Assembly: GCA_963780665.1 (NCBI GenBank)
Contig: CAWACJ010000005.1
Location: 118,335-182,334 of the forward strand
DNA: 64,000 nucleotides
From: an uncultured Methanocellaceae archaeon
Lineage (GTDB): Archaea; Halobacteriota; Methanocellia; Methanocellales; Methanocellaceae
Direction: 5' to 3'
Shown: positions 48,640 through 59,665 of the stretch, piece by piece
Numbering within the stretch: position 1 is the stretch's first letter
How the letters are laid out: every line of letters begins with the position of its first letter
Position numbers and translations under genes: made by a program
Notes under the pieces: model-generated
What the model was told of the DNA's origin: nothing
Databases searched by the model: none
The model's input: the letters and a program-made list of their open reading frames with translations, nothing else

Positions 48640-48902
48640 GATTATCGCCTTTTCTCGGCTATTATCCGATGCCCGCCTATTTATGGATATACCTGATGTC
48701 ATAGTTAATTTATCTGTTTAGAATTGTCCCGGATGATTAATAGTCACCCAGCATGCCGATCTCATCGTGAACGCCTGTAGCGATTTGCCCGAGACCGTTC
48801 GAATTATTCGGGCCTTATGTAGCTGGCAAAGGGTTTTACATAATCGGGAATAAGCGTATAAGGCGGGCATAAGGCGCGTCTGGTAAAGGGAGTTGTTTCA
48901 GC

Positions 48903-50174
48903 GTGAAAAAAGAGATAGTCCTAAAAGCATTGAAAAGCGAGATCGAGCGATCAATAGGATGCACTGATCCGGGCGCCGTGTGCCTGGCTGTATATCGCGC
49001 TACACAAGCGCTAGGGCGGAAGCCCGAACGTGTGGCCGTCACAGTCAGCTCCAATGTGTACAAGAACGGGATCAACGTCTGCGTGCCGGGCACAGGTATG
49101 CGGGGGTTGCATATCGCGGCAGCGCTGGGCGCGGTCCTGGACCACGGCGACGGAGGGCTGGCGATGCTCGACCAGGCCACTGAGAACGATATTAAGAGTG
49201 CTACATTGCTGGTATCAACCAGCAATATCACCATAGAACATACGGAAACAACTGACCCGCTATATATCAAAGCGCTGGCCATAGCTGGCGAAAATAACGC
49301 TTACGCTATCATTACCGGCGATTATACGAACATCGTAGAAGTGGCACTTAATGGTAAAGTCATCTATTCTTCGCCGGCGATAAGAACCGAGGCGGCTCAG
49401 GCATCACTGAAAGGACATACGCTGGCAGAGCTATTCGCTACCATCGATACGATGACGATTAGCGATCTGGCATTTTTACTTGAGGCTGCGGAGATAAACA
49501 GGCAAGCGGCTTATGCCGGGCTGGCCAGCCCATCTTCCCGGCTGGGCAAGGCGCTTTCGAGCATGACAGAGGATATGCCTGCACCATTCGCCGCATATAC
49601 CCATGCGCAACAGCTGACCGCCGCAGCCTGCGAGGCAAGAATGGCAGGTATGCAGGTGCCCGTCATAGCCATCGCGGGAAGCGGCAACCACGGGATCGCG
49701 AACTTCCTCGGCGTCCTCGCCGCGGCTGAGGCGCTGGACAGCCCTCGCGACAAACTGGCGAAAGCACTGGCGATCAGCTCGCTCGTGACCGTCGTGATCA
49801 AAGGCTATTCCATGCGTTTATCTGCGTTCTGCGGCTGCGCAGTATCGGCCTCCGCTGGCGTGGCGGCCGGCGTAACCTATTTGCTGGGCGGAAATTATGA
49901 GGATTCAGTCCACGCCATGCAGTCGGTCATCGGAACCCTGGCAGGCATGGTCTGCGACGGGGCAAAAGAGTCCTGCGCCTTCAAGCTGAGCTCTTCCGTG
50001 GCGTTAGCGGTCCAGTTCAGCTATCTTGCATTGGATGGCGCATACATCCCGTCAGGCATGGGAATGCTTGGCAGCACGATAGAGAAGACCTTCGAGAACC
50101 TGGGGCAGCTCAACAATCCCGGTATGGTGACCGCAGACAGGCTGTTGCTGCAAATGATCGCTGAGCGCATCTAA
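48903..50174 (+). CDS. UPF0597 / serine-dehydratase-alpha-like protein (L-cysteine desulfidase family)
   Basis: Length is 423 aa. The N-terminus ...ERSIGCTDPGAVCLAVYRA resembles the GCTEP motif of the YhaM/CdsB family. Confidence 0.5.
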   Translation: MKKEIVLKALKSEIERSIGCTDPGAVCLAVYRATQALGRKPERVAVTVSSNVYKNGINVCVPGTGMRGLHIAAALGAVLDHGDGGLAMLDQATENDIKSATLLVSTSNITIEHTETTDPLYIKALAIAGENNAYAIITGDYTNIVEVALNGKVIYSSPAIRTEAAQASLKGHTLAELFATIDTMTISDLAFLLEAAEINRQAAYAGLASPSSRLGKALSSMTEDMPAPFAAYTHAQQLTAAACEARMAGMQVPVIAIAGSGNHGIANFLGVLAAAEALDSPRDKLAKALAISSLVTVVIKGYSMRLSAFCGCAVSASAGVAAGVTYLLGGNYEDSVHAMQSVIGTLAGMVCDGAKESCAFKLSSSVALAVQFSYLALDGAYIPSGMGMLGSTIEKTFENLGQLNNPGMVTADRLLLQMIAERI

Positions 50175-50297
50175 TTTTAATATCAAAATTTTTTCTCCAT
50201 GGCTTGATCCGACAATGATCGCTTTTTAATGAAAAGTATCTCCGATAAGCGGATACTGTAGTACATAAATATGTGAATGCGATAAAGATCATATGAG

Positions 50298-50723
50298 GTG
50301 CGAGGAATGAGCCGGGGAAGTTTTACCGATAAGATCAAAAAGCCTTCTGAGGACGAAGTGTTCGCATCATTGTCTCGATCCCGGGCTTTATGGGACGAGA
50401 TCATTCTTTTTATAGAAAATAACTACCGCACAAAGAAGGCCTACAAATTCTACGGCAGGAATTACGGCTGGGCACTACAATTTAGTAAATCCGGTAAAGC
50501 GCTAGTCTCTTTATATCCTGGCCGCGGTGAATTTGTCGTGCAGATCATCCTGAATAAGGATCAATGCGAAAAAGCCTTAAAATCCGGGATCGGAGACGAA
50601 ATCGGGGATTTGATCAGGCTGACACCTGAGATACACGAAGGTAAATGGATATTTGCCAGTATTAAGACTAAAAAAGATATCGAAGATATAAAAAATCTGA
50701 TCTCAGTCAGGGCGACTGCCTAA
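50298..50723 (+). CDS. Hypothetical protein (DUF3788-like)
   Basis: 141 aa. No catalytic motif was recognised. Confidence 0.35.
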   Translation: MRGMSRGSFTDKIKKPSEDEVFASLSRSRALWDEIILFIENNYRTKKAYKFYGRNYGWALQFSKSGKALVSLYPGRGEFVVQIILNKDQCEKALKSGIGDEIGDLIRLTPEIHEGKWIFASIKTKKDIEDIKNLISVRATA

Positions 50724-50732
50724 TTGTCGATT

Positions 50733-51674
50733 TTATATCATGCTGGTCGCGATGAACACCAGTGGAATTGTGACCAGGCTAGCCAGCGTGGTGACAAAGA
50801 TGATCTCGGTCGCATATTCCACATCTGACTGGTAGTTCGAGGCTATCATGGCAATCGTGGTCATACCCGGAAGCCCTACGATCAACGTGAGGATCGTTCT
50901 TGGTTCAGATGGAAGGAAAAATCCCAGCAGGAAAAATACAATGATGGGCAATGCCAGCATTTTAACTACGGTCAGGATCAGGATATTGGACTTTGTGGAT
51001 ATTTTGGCGAGCGAAACATAGGCAAGGACGCCGCCAATATAGATCAGCGTCAGGTACTTGCTCGTGTTCCCCACCCCCGAGATCGTGCCCATGAGCAGGT
51101 CCGGCACAGGAAACCTGACAGCCATCACGACGAACCCGACAGCCAGCGCGACCGTCGTAGGATTTATGATATTTTTAATTGCACTCAGCGGGTTAGAATT
51201 GTCCTGATGCCTGCTGCATAAGTATACCCCGTATGTCCACAGCAGTGCCATGTCAATGACCGTGTACACGGCGATGCATACCTGTACGACCGGGTCTTTA
51301 AAGATCCCGAGCAGCAGCGGTATTCCCATGAATCCCATGTTGCCGAAGGTCGCGAGGCTCATGTAAATGTTCGCGGTCTTACCCTCGAGCTTCAACAATC
51401 TGCTCATCACGATACCGGATACAATGAGGAGCGTGTAGCAGAGCGCCACCCCGATGGCGTAGGCGCCATTGGCTAAAAAATCAGCTATCGTGATCCCGGT
51501 GCCGGCTATGATGCTGAAGATCAAGGCGGGAAGAATGATCATCACGATCAGCTTTGACAGCGCATTTAACGAATCTTTAGTCAGCGCCTTAGCTTTAACC
51601 GCAATAAACCCGATGGCCATAAGTATGGCAAATATTATGATCTGGTTGATAACAATGTCTAGTTGTACGGCCAC
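50733..51674 (-). CDS. Auxin-efflux-carrier (AEC) family membrane transporter
   Basis: Length is 313 aa with ~10 TM helices in two repeated halves and an N-terminal pattern typical of AEC/malate permease-like proteins. Confidence 0.65.
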   Translation of the reverse strand: MAVQLDIVINQIIIFAILMAIGFIAVKAKALTKDSLNALSKLIVMIILPALIFSIIAGTGITIADFLANGAYAIGVALCYTLLIVSGIVMSRLLKLEGKTANIYMSLATFGNMGFMGIPLLLGIFKDPVVQVCIAVYTVIDMALLWTYGVYLCSRHQDNSNPLSAIKNIINPTTVALAVGFVVMAVRFPVPDLLMGTISGVGNTSKYLTLIYIGGVLAYVSLAKISTKSNILILTVVKMLALPIIVFFLLGFFLPSEPRTILTLIVGLPGMTTIAMIASNYQSDVEYATEIIFVTTLASLVTIPLVFIATSMI

Positions 51675-51702
51675 CTGTCAGCACCCACTTTAGCCCTACT
51701 TT

Positions 51703-52044
51703 TTATGGTACGGGCTTGTAGTCTTCTCGGACGGGCGAGAACACTTCTATGGCCACGGAGTCTTCCATGATCTGAGCGCCGTGATCGACATTCCCGGGGA
51801 TGGACCAGCTGTCGCCTGGCTTCATATCATGCGGTTTTCCATCGATGGTCAATATCATATGGCCTGATACAAGATAGCCCGTCTGTTCATGCGGATGCTT
51901 GTGCATGAGTAGTGTTTTACCGCCTTCCAGCATAAATTCAGTTAGCAGTGTATTATCTCCATAGACCAGTGTTTTGCGCCTTATGCCTTCCATGACATTG
52001 ATATAGCCATGCTTGCTAGCATTTGTTACCATATAATTAGCCAA
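51703..52044 (-). CDS. Cupin-domain protein
   Basis: ...HKHPHEQTGYLVSGH...PGDSWSIPGNVDHGA... are the two-His cupin motifs. Confidence 0.6.
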   Translation of the reverse strand: MANYMVTNASKHGYINVMEGIRRKTLVYGDNTLLTEFMLEGGKTLLMHKHPHEQTGYLVSGHMILTIDGKPHDMKPGDSWSIPGNVDHGAQIMEDSVAIEVFSPVREDYKPVP

Positions 52045-52202
52045 GATAGTTCACTGGTGTACAATAACGTACAAGTATTAGATAAGTTTTTTGAGCCTTA
52101 AAGGCTTAAGCCATTATTCCTGAGGATCGAGCATGCCATAATATCGGCTATCCATGTCCCGAGTGATATCTTTAAGGTCCGGCCAAAATAGAAGAATAGC
52201 GC

Positions 52203-54131
52203 TTAATTTTGCTTCCTTATAGTCAAATAGGCGACACTAAATAAGCTGACAAACGCGAATATTGCCTCAAACCCCGGCGAAGGTATCATAGAAGGAGTCG
52301 GCACTGTTGAGGCAGCCGGTACTATCGTGGAAGGCGTCGGGGTCACATCGCTCGGGAGTGGTGCAAAGTATGCGTAGTCGGGTATGGCGATATTATGCGT
52401 AGCTGTACCGATCTCGCCGTTGAATGCCGCCACACCTGTCGCCGAACCCGGACCCAGAGCGAACACGGCATAATAGATATGTCCGTCCTTCTCAGCGGTC
52501 ACGTTGTATAAGCCCCATGGGACACGGTAGTAGGTGTACATACCGACTGCTGCCGTCCTTCCATCGTTGGACTGCTGCGGGTTCTCCGGGATTTTTACGA
52601 TGCCGTTGTTGTCATACTGTTCAGCCACGGATGAATTCTGCACAGCATTCCACAGAGTAACGTTTGCGTAGGGTATACCGACCTTGTTCTGGTCAGTGAT
52701 GATGCCCGACACAGTGCCCCAGCCAACAACCTTGACCAGAGTGCTGTTCGAGACATTAGTACCATACATGATATTAGTGCTCGCAGTCACGTTGACCCAG
52801 CCGTATGAACGATTGGACGTTAAGGGTATTGTCGCCTGACCGTTCAGGTCAGATACGTTCGTCCTCACGGCCGGCAAGGTCGCTACGGTGTCGTTGTCCG
52901 ACGAGAACTGAATCTTAATGTTTGACCTGTGGTACGGCTGGCCGTTCAAGTACAGCTGAGCGGTGATGGTCGACGTGTCGCCACCAACCAGGATCGTTTG
53001 CGGATCAGCGGTCACATAGATTGCATCGGGAGGCGGTACATGCAGAACAATGAATCCCGAAGACGTTGAGGACTTATTCAAGGAATAATTATTACTCCTA
53101 CCGTAGATCGTCATGTTGTCGGTCAGCTGAGCGCTCGCGTCAGCGAATGCCCATGCAGTATCCGGAGTCAGGGCGATGTTGTCAAAGACATACAATCCTA
53201 CGAACGGCTTTGATGTACTCGTTGTCGTGGTCATATTATAAATCTCGCCATTCGAGGCGTTCCTTATGTGCAAGGTCACGATGATGCCACCGTAGCCGGT
53301 GTCATAAGAATCGACGACATAGCCGGTCCACGAGGAAGCCATCGGCATGAATCGTATAGCCACGGAGCCGTTTATGTTCGGGCTGTTTGCAACATATGCA
53401 TGGATCGCCGTGTTATTCCCGCCCATCGTATCCGGCACCCAGCCAAAATCGACGGTCGCTACGCCACCTTTTGTAAACGCGGTAGCGTTGTTCACGCTGT
53501 TATACCGGCTGAAGCTGCCGTTATTTTGGTTCATCGGCGTGCCATTCGCATATGTCCACGACGGAAGGCTTGACATGTCCCCGATAGTGAACCATACTGC
53601 CGTGCCGTCGCCGACAGCATTGCCGAAGACGTCATAAACACGGGCAGTCACCTGGATATTGTCCGCACTATCTGCTAAGATATAATTACGCGCTGCCTGA
53701 ACATTGACGCTGGAAGCATTGAGGAAAATGATGACCGAAGTGGTCGAAGTGGCGCCGGGATTAATGCCGAACGCATGGGAGAACCCCTCGCCGTACTTAG
53801 TGAGATTGGCGTATATCATATATGAGTTGTCATCGAGCGTCGCGTTGACACCGATCATCTGGTAATAGCCCTGCGAATCTGCGGTAACGTTAAAATACTC
53901 TACACTATTGTTTGAGGCATTAACGATCGATACGTAGGCCCCGCCAATACCTTGTGTCGTGTGCTGCGTCGTCACCCTGCCAGTCACCTGGCCGGTCATC
54001 CATCCCGATGGCATTTGTGGATAATGGCTGCCGAAGCTGGTCGGATACGAGGCTGTAGCCGGAGGGATGATAATTGCCATGATCGATATGATCATCATAG
54101 CTGCAATGGCAGCTCTGGTAGTACTTTTCAT
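52203..54131 (-). CDS. S-layer-type surface glycoprotein with PGF-CTERM, paralog of 11438..13501
   Basis: Length is 642 aa, with a signal peptide. The C-terminus is PSPGFEAIFAFVSLFSVAYLTIRKQN. The C-terminal ~320 aa are about 90% identical to the other copy. Confidence 0.8.
   Translation of the reverse strand: MKSTTRAAIAAMMIISIMAIIIPPATASYPTSFGSHYPQMPSGWMTGQVTGRVTTQHTTQGIGGAYVSIVNASNNSVEYFNVTADSQGYYQMIGVNATLDDNSYMIYANLTKYGEGFSHAFGINPGATSTTSVIIFLNASSVNVQAARNYILADSADNIQVTARVYDVFGNAVGDGTAVWFTIGDMSSLPSWTYANGTPMNQNNGSFSRYNSVNNATAFTKGGVATVDFGWVPDTMGGNNTAIHAYVANSPNINGSVAIRFMPMASSWTGYVVDSYDTGYGGIIVTLHIRNASNGEIYNMTTTTSTSKPFVGLYVFDNIALTPDTAWAFADASAQLTDNMTIYGRSNNYSLNKSSTSSGFIVLHVPPPDAIYVTADPQTILVGGDTSTITAQLYLNGQPYHRSNIKIQFSSDNDTVATLPAVRTNVSDLNGQATIPLTSNRSYGWVNVTASTNIMYGTNVSNSTLVKVVGWGTVSGIITDQNKVGIPYANVTLWNAVQNSSVAEQYDNNGIVKIPENPQQSNDGRTAAVGMYTYYRVPWGLYNVTAEKDGHIYYAVFALGPGSATGVAAFNGEIGTATHNIAIPDYAYFAPLPSDVTPTPSTIVPAASTVPTPSMIPSPGFEAIFAFVSLFSVAYLTIRKQN
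52300..53260. repeat. Dispersed repeat copy B (~1 kb), near-identical to 11550..12510
   Basis: See copy A. Boundaries are approximate. Confidence 0.5.
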
Positions 54132-54476
54132 TCTTCGGCCCCGGCGTCCGGTATTACCCGAGATGCGAAAATATAGGTCATCGGATTTACCAGATCATGT
54201 AAAAAATTTTTTATTCTCGTAAAAAAGCTTGTTTTATAGATATATAAGGTTATCCGGCAATCGATTGTATATAAGGGGCCTGTACAAATGAATTGAATAA
54301 ATTTCGAGGCTAAATAAGCCGTATTATCAAAATTAATTTACCATATCCCTGCGGTAATATCGCTCTTAAAAAGTTGATACCTATTACAATTATAACATCC
54401 AAAGATCATAACGATAAAGTGCCAATAACTTTTTATCTTACATAAGGGGAAATTAACAATCCAGGCTATTCGGTGC

Positions 54477-55727
54477 ATGACGATGTTCGATGAAAAATAC
54501 AAGTTCACCTGTGTTGAGCGGTTCTTACGATACGTGAAATACGATACGCAATCCGATGATAATGCCACTTCGTTCCCAAGCACGGAAAAGCAAAAGATCC
54601 TGCTGAAAGATCTTGCAGGAGAGCTAAAAAAAGAGGGCCTAAACGACGCTCACATGGATGAGTGGGGCTATGTGATCGGGACGCTGCCGGCAAACTCGGA
54701 TAAAAATGTCCCCACGATCGCTTTTGTCGGCCATGCGGATACTTCGCCGCAGGTATCCGGGGAAAACGTTAACCCAATTATCAGGAAGAACTATCGGGGA
54801 GGAGACATCCCGCTCGAGAATGGCCTGGTCATCAAGGAAAGTGAAAATCCGCCCATGAAGGACATGATCGGGTTCGACATCATCACTACGGACGGCATGA
54901 CCCTGCTGGGCGCGGACGACAAGGCGGGTGTCGCGGAGATCGTCGATGCGTTACATTATTTAGCCATGCACCCGGATGTGAAGCATGGAGCTATTGAGGT
55001 CTGCATCACACCGGATGAGGAAACTGGCCGGGGGACAGAAAAGCTGGACCTGAAAAAGCTCAAGGCAAAATATGCCTACACGGTAGACGGCTCGACCAGA
55101 GGCGAGATCGAGGCTGAGACGTTCAGCGCGGATGCGGCGGCCATAAAGTTCCATGGAAAGAACATCCACCCGGGATATGCGAAAAATAAGATGATCAATT
55201 CGGTAAAAATCGCGGCTGTATTTTTGGACAGCCTGCCTAAAGAGACTTTATCTCCCGAGACGACAGAAGGAAGGGAAGGCTACGTGCATTGTGTTTCCCT
55301 GAATGGGACGGAAGAGTTGACCACTGTAAAGTTCATCGTCAGGGACTTCAGGACGGAAAAGTTGAAGGAATACGAGAGCCTGCTGGAAAAATTGGCCCAT
55401 GAGGCCACAGCGCAGTTCCCGGGCTCGAAGATGGATTTCGAAGTCACCGAACAGTATCGAAACATGAAAGAAATATTGGATCAGCACCCGAAGGTGGCCG
55501 CATATGCAGTAGAGGCGATGAAAAGGCTGGGCATGAAGACAAAGGAACACTATATTCGGGGCGGCACCGATGGGGCGAGGCTATGCTTTATGGGCTTGCC
55601 GACCCCCAACATTTTCGCCGGCTCGCAAAGCTACCATTCTCCATTGGAATTCGTCGCCGTACAGGACATGGAGATGGCCGTGAAGACCATTGTCGAGATC
55701 GCGAAGATATGGGAAGAAAAAAGCTAA
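54477..55727 (+). CDS. pepT: Peptidase T (tripeptide aminopeptidase, M20B)
   Basis: Length is 416 aa, with ...IAFVGHADTSP... and ...GADDKAGVAEI... Confidence 0.8.
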   Translation: MTMFDEKYKFTCVERFLRYVKYDTQSDDNATSFPSTEKQKILLKDLAGELKKEGLNDAHMDEWGYVIGTLPANSDKNVPTIAFVGHADTSPQVSGENVNPIIRKNYRGGDIPLENGLVIKESENPPMKDMIGFDIITTDGMTLLGADDKAGVAEIVDALHYLAMHPDVKHGAIEVCITPDEETGRGTEKLDLKKLKAKYAYTVDGSTRGEIEAETFSADAAAIKFHGKNIHPGYAKNKMINSVKIAAVFLDSLPKETLSPETTEGREGYVHCVSLNGTEELTTVKFIVRDFRTEKLKEYESLLEKLAHEATAQFPGSKMDFEVTEQYRNMKEILDQHPKVAAYAVEAMKRLGMKTKEHYIRGGTDGARLCFMGLPTPNIFAGSQSYHSPLEFVAVQDMEMAVKTIVEIAKIWEEKS

Positions 55728-55752
55728 GGTAAAGATAAAAACGAGGCAAGCC

Positions 55753-55959
55753 TTAGTCAAGCTTGTATATTTTCCCTTTGAATTCCTTTGCTTTTTCCTC
55801 CGCCGCTTCCACGCGGCGCATCAGCCCTACGCTTCCCAGGATAGCGCCGCAGGGCATCTTGACTTCAGCATTTTCTTTGATTTCCTTGACGCTGACCCGG
55901 TGTAACTTCCGGCATGAAGGGCATGGAACTATAATATCATTGATCTCGGCTGGCATCAC
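55753..55959 (-). CDS. Small zinc-ribbon protein (hypothetical)
   Basis: Length is 68 aa, with CPSCRK...MPCG. Confidence 0.3.
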   Translation of the reverse strand: MMPAEINDIIVPCPSCRKLHRVSVKEIKENAEVKMPCGAILGSVGLMRRVEAAEEKAKEFKGKIYKLD

Positions 55960-56040
55960 TATAGTGTATGCACGGTTTACTTTATTATTTTACTTGTCGC
56001 ATTCATGGAATGTGAAATAGTCAGGTGAAGGTTTATTTTT

Positions 56041-56772
56041 ATGAAAGACCTGTTATTTACCATGCATCTGGATGAAAGCCTAAAAAGATTTGCCGTGACG
56101 CATGGCGCTGACTTCTACGGCGTGGCTGATCTTGCACTGGCGAAAGAGGCTATAGCCGATCAGGGCGGCCCTGATATTGCTGCTTATCCCAGGGCAATAT
56201 CGATCGGCATCAGGCTCATGGACCCGATCGTCGACCGGCTGCCACAGCGCAGCGAGAGAGCAGTTTCAGTGAGCTATAAGACGCACTGCTATGACGTGAT
56301 CAATGACCGGCTAGACCTGGTCATATCCGAATTAAGCAGCCTGATACAGCGCGAAGGATATAAAGCGTACCCGATACCCGCATCCGAGCGCGTGGACGAC
56401 CGGCGTATCTGCGCATTATTTTCCCACAAGATGGCTGCACATCTGTCCGGACTTGGATGGATCGGAAAAAGCTGTCTGCTGGTAACACCTGAGGCGGGGC
56501 CCAGGGTGCGATGGGCGACAATATTGACAGATGCTCCGCTGAAAGCGGGAAAGCCCATGGAACAGCGATGTGGCACCTGCATGGAATGCACGGACATATG
56601 CCCGCAACATGCATTCACGGGAAGGAATTTCGATGAGTCTGAGCCTCGCGAAGCACGCTATGACGCGCTAAAATGCCAGGAGTACCTTCGGTCCCTGGAA
56701 AAAACGACCGGGTATGGCGTATGCGGCATGTGCCTGTATATATGCCCGCATGGCAGGCATAAGCTGCATTAA
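56041..56772 (+). CDS. 4Fe-4S cluster protein, QueG/DUF1730-like
   Basis: Length is 243 aa. It has a C-terminal [16 protein letters not shown] plus additional Cys pairs. Confidence 0.4.
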   Translation: MKDLLFTMHLDESLKRFAVTHGADFYGVADLALAKEAIADQGGPDIAAYPRAISIGIRLMDPIVDRLPQRSERAVSVSYKTHCYDVINDRLDLVISELSSLIQREGYKAYPIPASERVDDRRICALFSHKMAAHLSGLGWIGKSCLLVTPEAGPRVRWATILTDAPLKAGKPMEQRCGTCMECTDICPQHAFTGRNFDESEPREARYDALKCQEYLRSLEKTTGYGVCGMCLYICPHGRHKLH

Positions 56773-56941
56773 TGGCGTTAAGAACTGGCGATCGCCGGAG
56801 AAGATACTAAAACAGGTTCTCATCATCAGATGTCTTCTTAGCTTTTCCAACAATTTTATTCTCGGATTATTATCGCGATGCTCTGTCAAAAGGTTTATGT
56901 CCGCCCGTTGTCATTAGCAGGAAGCTTGAAAAATAGGAGAG

Positions 56942-57373
56942 ATGCCGTTGGACCATATTGTATACCTGGATTCGTCCGCTAAAGAGCTACAAAAGATATT
57001 GAGCGGTGAAAAGACCATGATCATCCGCGCCTCGATGGGAAAAGCCAGGCCGTACGGCAAAGTCGACGAAGGCGATACGCTGTTCTTCGTTAACATCAGC
57101 TCGCCCTGGAGAGTAAAAGCCATGGCGGACGTCAGAGACGTCCATAACTCGGAAAAAATGACGGCGGAAGAGTCCGTCGAGCTGATCAAAGAGCACCAGG
57201 AACAGCTGGGCCTCTCGAAGGAAGAAAAAGCGCGCTATAATGGTAAGAGATACGTCATCCTCATAGGCATCGAGAACGTTCGCAGCATCGTGCCATTCTC
57301 TATCAGCGATAGCATCCACGGTGGGCTGGACGACTGGCTCGTTGTGGACAGCATCGATGAAGTGATCAGTTAA
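56942..57373 (+). CDS. Hypothetical protein (possible ASCH/PUA-like fold)
   Basis: 143 aa. The assignment is weak. Confidence 0.3.
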   Translation: MPLDHIVYLDSSAKELQKILSGEKTMIIRASMGKARPYGKVDEGDTLFFVNISSPWRVKAMADVRDVHNSEKMTAEESVELIKEHQEQLGLSKEEKARYNGKRYVILIGIENVRSIVPFSISDSIHGGLDDWLVVDSIDEVIS

Positions 57374-57590
57374 TCTCTATTTTTTAGATTGATGCCATTC
57401 AAACATTAACCGTACGATCTGTTGAATATTTTTTTAAAGTCCAGTTTTATTGCCGCCTAAAAACTGAATTTAACAGCATTGTCCTCATACTATTTCCAGC
57501 AACCATATAATCCGGGATACTAACCACATATCTGGATTACGATCATAGGCTGCTTTAAGGCTGACAGCTTCCCGTATGGGGGTATAACAG

Positions 57591-58721
57591 TTGGAAAAGA
57601 GAAATATAGCCATATTTGCGCTGGCTTTTCTTTTAATCATGCTTGTAGCGATGGCGCTGTTACATATGGTAAGTGCCGATAATCAAAAACTACCGCTGGA
57701 CAAGATCAAGCTTCCGCCGGGATTCAAGATCGATCTTTATGCCTCTCCTGTGCCGGGTGCGCGTTCCATGACGATGAGCCCCGACGGGACGTTGTTCGTC
57801 GGGACACGGGACGAGGGTAACGTCTATGCGATACAGGACACGAACGGGGACGGGAAAGCGGACGAAGTCATTACGATAGCGAAAGGCCTGCACATGCCGA
57901 ATGGAGTGGCATTCCGCAACGGCTCTCTATACGTGGCGGAGGTGAACCGTATCATACGATATGACAACATCGAGTCACGCTTACATGATCCGCCGGATCC
58001 CGTAGTCGTATATGGTGGTCTTCCGGACGATGAATGGCATGGCTGGAAATTCATTCGATTTGGCCCCGACGGCAAGCTCTACGTGCCGGTAGGCGCCCCG
58101 TGTAATATCTGCGAGCCGACCGACCCGCACGCGACGATCATGCGCATGAACGCGGACGGTACCGGACTTGAGATCTATGCGAGAGGCATTCGAAACAGCG
58201 TAGGTTTCGACTGGGACCCTCGCACGAATGAATTGTGGTTTACGGATAATGGCCGTGATTATCTGGGCGATAATTCCCCGCCCGACGAGCTAAACCACGC
58301 ACCGGTCATCGGGATGGATTTCGGGTTCCCTTACTGTCATGGCACAAACATTTCCGACCCTGAGTACGGCTGGAAACATAATTGTTCGGAGTTCACTCCG
58401 CCGGCCATGGAGCTAGGCCCGCACGTCGCCGCTCTTGGAATGCGGTTCTATACGGGTTCCATGTTCCCCGCCGGATATAACGATCGGATATTCATCGCCG
58501 AGCACGGCTCCTGGAACCGCAAGGACCCAATCGGCTATCGCATCACGATGGTACGGCTTGAGAATAATACTGCCAAAGACTACACGGTCTTTGCCGATGG
58601 ATGGCTACAGGGAAGCCAGGCATGGGGCAGGCCCGTGGACGTTGAAGTCATGCAAGACGGCTCATTACTGGTGTCTGACGATAAGGCTGGCGTGATATAC
58701 AGGATCACTTACGGAGGCTAG
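57591..58721 (+). CDS. Secreted PQQ-dependent sugar dehydrogenase family protein (soluble glucose/sorbosone dehydrogenase beta-propeller)
   Basis: Signal anchor, then ...LPPGFKIDLYAS...PDGTLFVG...HGGRI.F.PDGKLYV...WFTDNGRDYLGDN.PPDELNH...GFPYC. This matches the GSDH family pattern. Confidence 0.65.
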   Translation: MEKRNIAIFALAFLLIMLVAMALLHMVSADNQKLPLDKIKLPPGFKIDLYASPVPGARSMTMSPDGTLFVGTRDEGNVYAIQDTNGDGKADEVITIAKGLHMPNGVAFRNGSLYVAEVNRIIRYDNIESRLHDPPDPVVVYGGLPDDEWHGWKFIRFGPDGKLYVPVGAPCNICEPTDPHATIMRMNADGTGLEIYARGIRNSVGFDWDPRTNELWFTDNGRDYLGDNSPPDELNHAPVIGMDFGFPYCHGTNISDPEYGWKHNCSEFTPPAMELGPHVAALGMRFYTGSMFPAGYNDRIFIAEHGSWNRKDPIGYRITMVRLENNTAKDYTVFADGWLQGSQAWGRPVDVEVMQDGSLLVSDDKAGVIYRITYGG

Positions 58722-58727
58722 ACTTCA

Positions 58728-59483
58728 CTAAATGCCGAAAATCCTTCTGGCGTTCAGCTCGCTCACGCTGGCGATGACTTCTTCGTTTATACTGCCAAGC
58801 TTCATCAGATGTACTGTCCTTGGCACGCCCAAAATATCGGTAGGATTTGAGGATGCATCGGTGTTCAGCACTAGCATGTGTTGGTCCTGACTTTTTATGA
58901 TCTCTATCGCCTCGCGAGGCGTAAGCTTAGAAGGCTGTATGGTCAAGCCGGCAACGAATCCCCTGTCCACTATCTGCTTTGCAGTCACTGCATCCGCGTG
59001 ATCGACAACGATAGAGGTTCTATCAAGTGAAAATGAGAGAAGGACGTTCAGGATCTCTCGTGTCATGGCCGCTTTATTTTTACGGGGCGTGTGTACGATG
59101 ATCGGCAGGCGGTATTTGATAGATAGCTCGACCTGGCGCTGCAGCATGTTAATCTCGAAAGCATCTCCGGACTCCATGCCAGTCTCGCCGATGGCCGTGA
59201 CATTTTTATTCTTAAGGTAAGACTCCAGTAATTCCAGGCATGCCTCGATGTCGTTCGGCCTGATGCGCGGATGCAATCCCAGACATACATGCAGCTTGAC
59301 ACCATTCTTTTCAACGCGGTCCCGCTCCATAAAGAGCCTCTCGAAATGATCACCGACCACGATGCTACAGCTCATGCGCATGGGGTCGTGTGCTAGCGTC
59401 AAAATATCGGTGATCCCGGCGAGAGACATCGCCTCGAAGTCTTCATGTGGACGGGTATCGGCGTGTACATGTGTATCGATCAT
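58728..59483 (-). CDS. TatD-family metal-dependent hydrolase
   Basis: MIDTHVHAD...and the overall TIM-barrel TatD pattern. Length is 251 aa. Confidence 0.75.
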   Translation of the reverse strand: MIDTHVHADTRPHEDFEAMSLAGITDILTLAHDPMRMSCSIVVGDHFERLFMERDRVEKNGVKLHVCLGLHPRIRPNDIEACLELLESYLKNKNVTAIGETGMESGDAFEINMLQRQVELSIKYRLPIIVHTPRKNKAAMTREILNVLLSFSLDRTSIVVDHADAVTAKQIVDRGFVAGLTIQPSKLTPREAIEIIKSQDQHMLVLNTDASSNPTDILGVPRTVHLMKLGSINEEVIASVSELNARRIFGI

Positions 59484-59665
59484 AGTGAACCCTTAACATA
59501 TGATTGGCCGTTAAGCGCATTAAAATTACTATGGTCTCGTGATATTTTGCATCCGCCACAAGCCGGGCGTAATATATTTACATTAACATCATGATGATTA
59601 GCAATCGATTTTATTACCGTTCATACTAATATGATAGATCAGATAAAAGTTTTGAGGGTATACGC

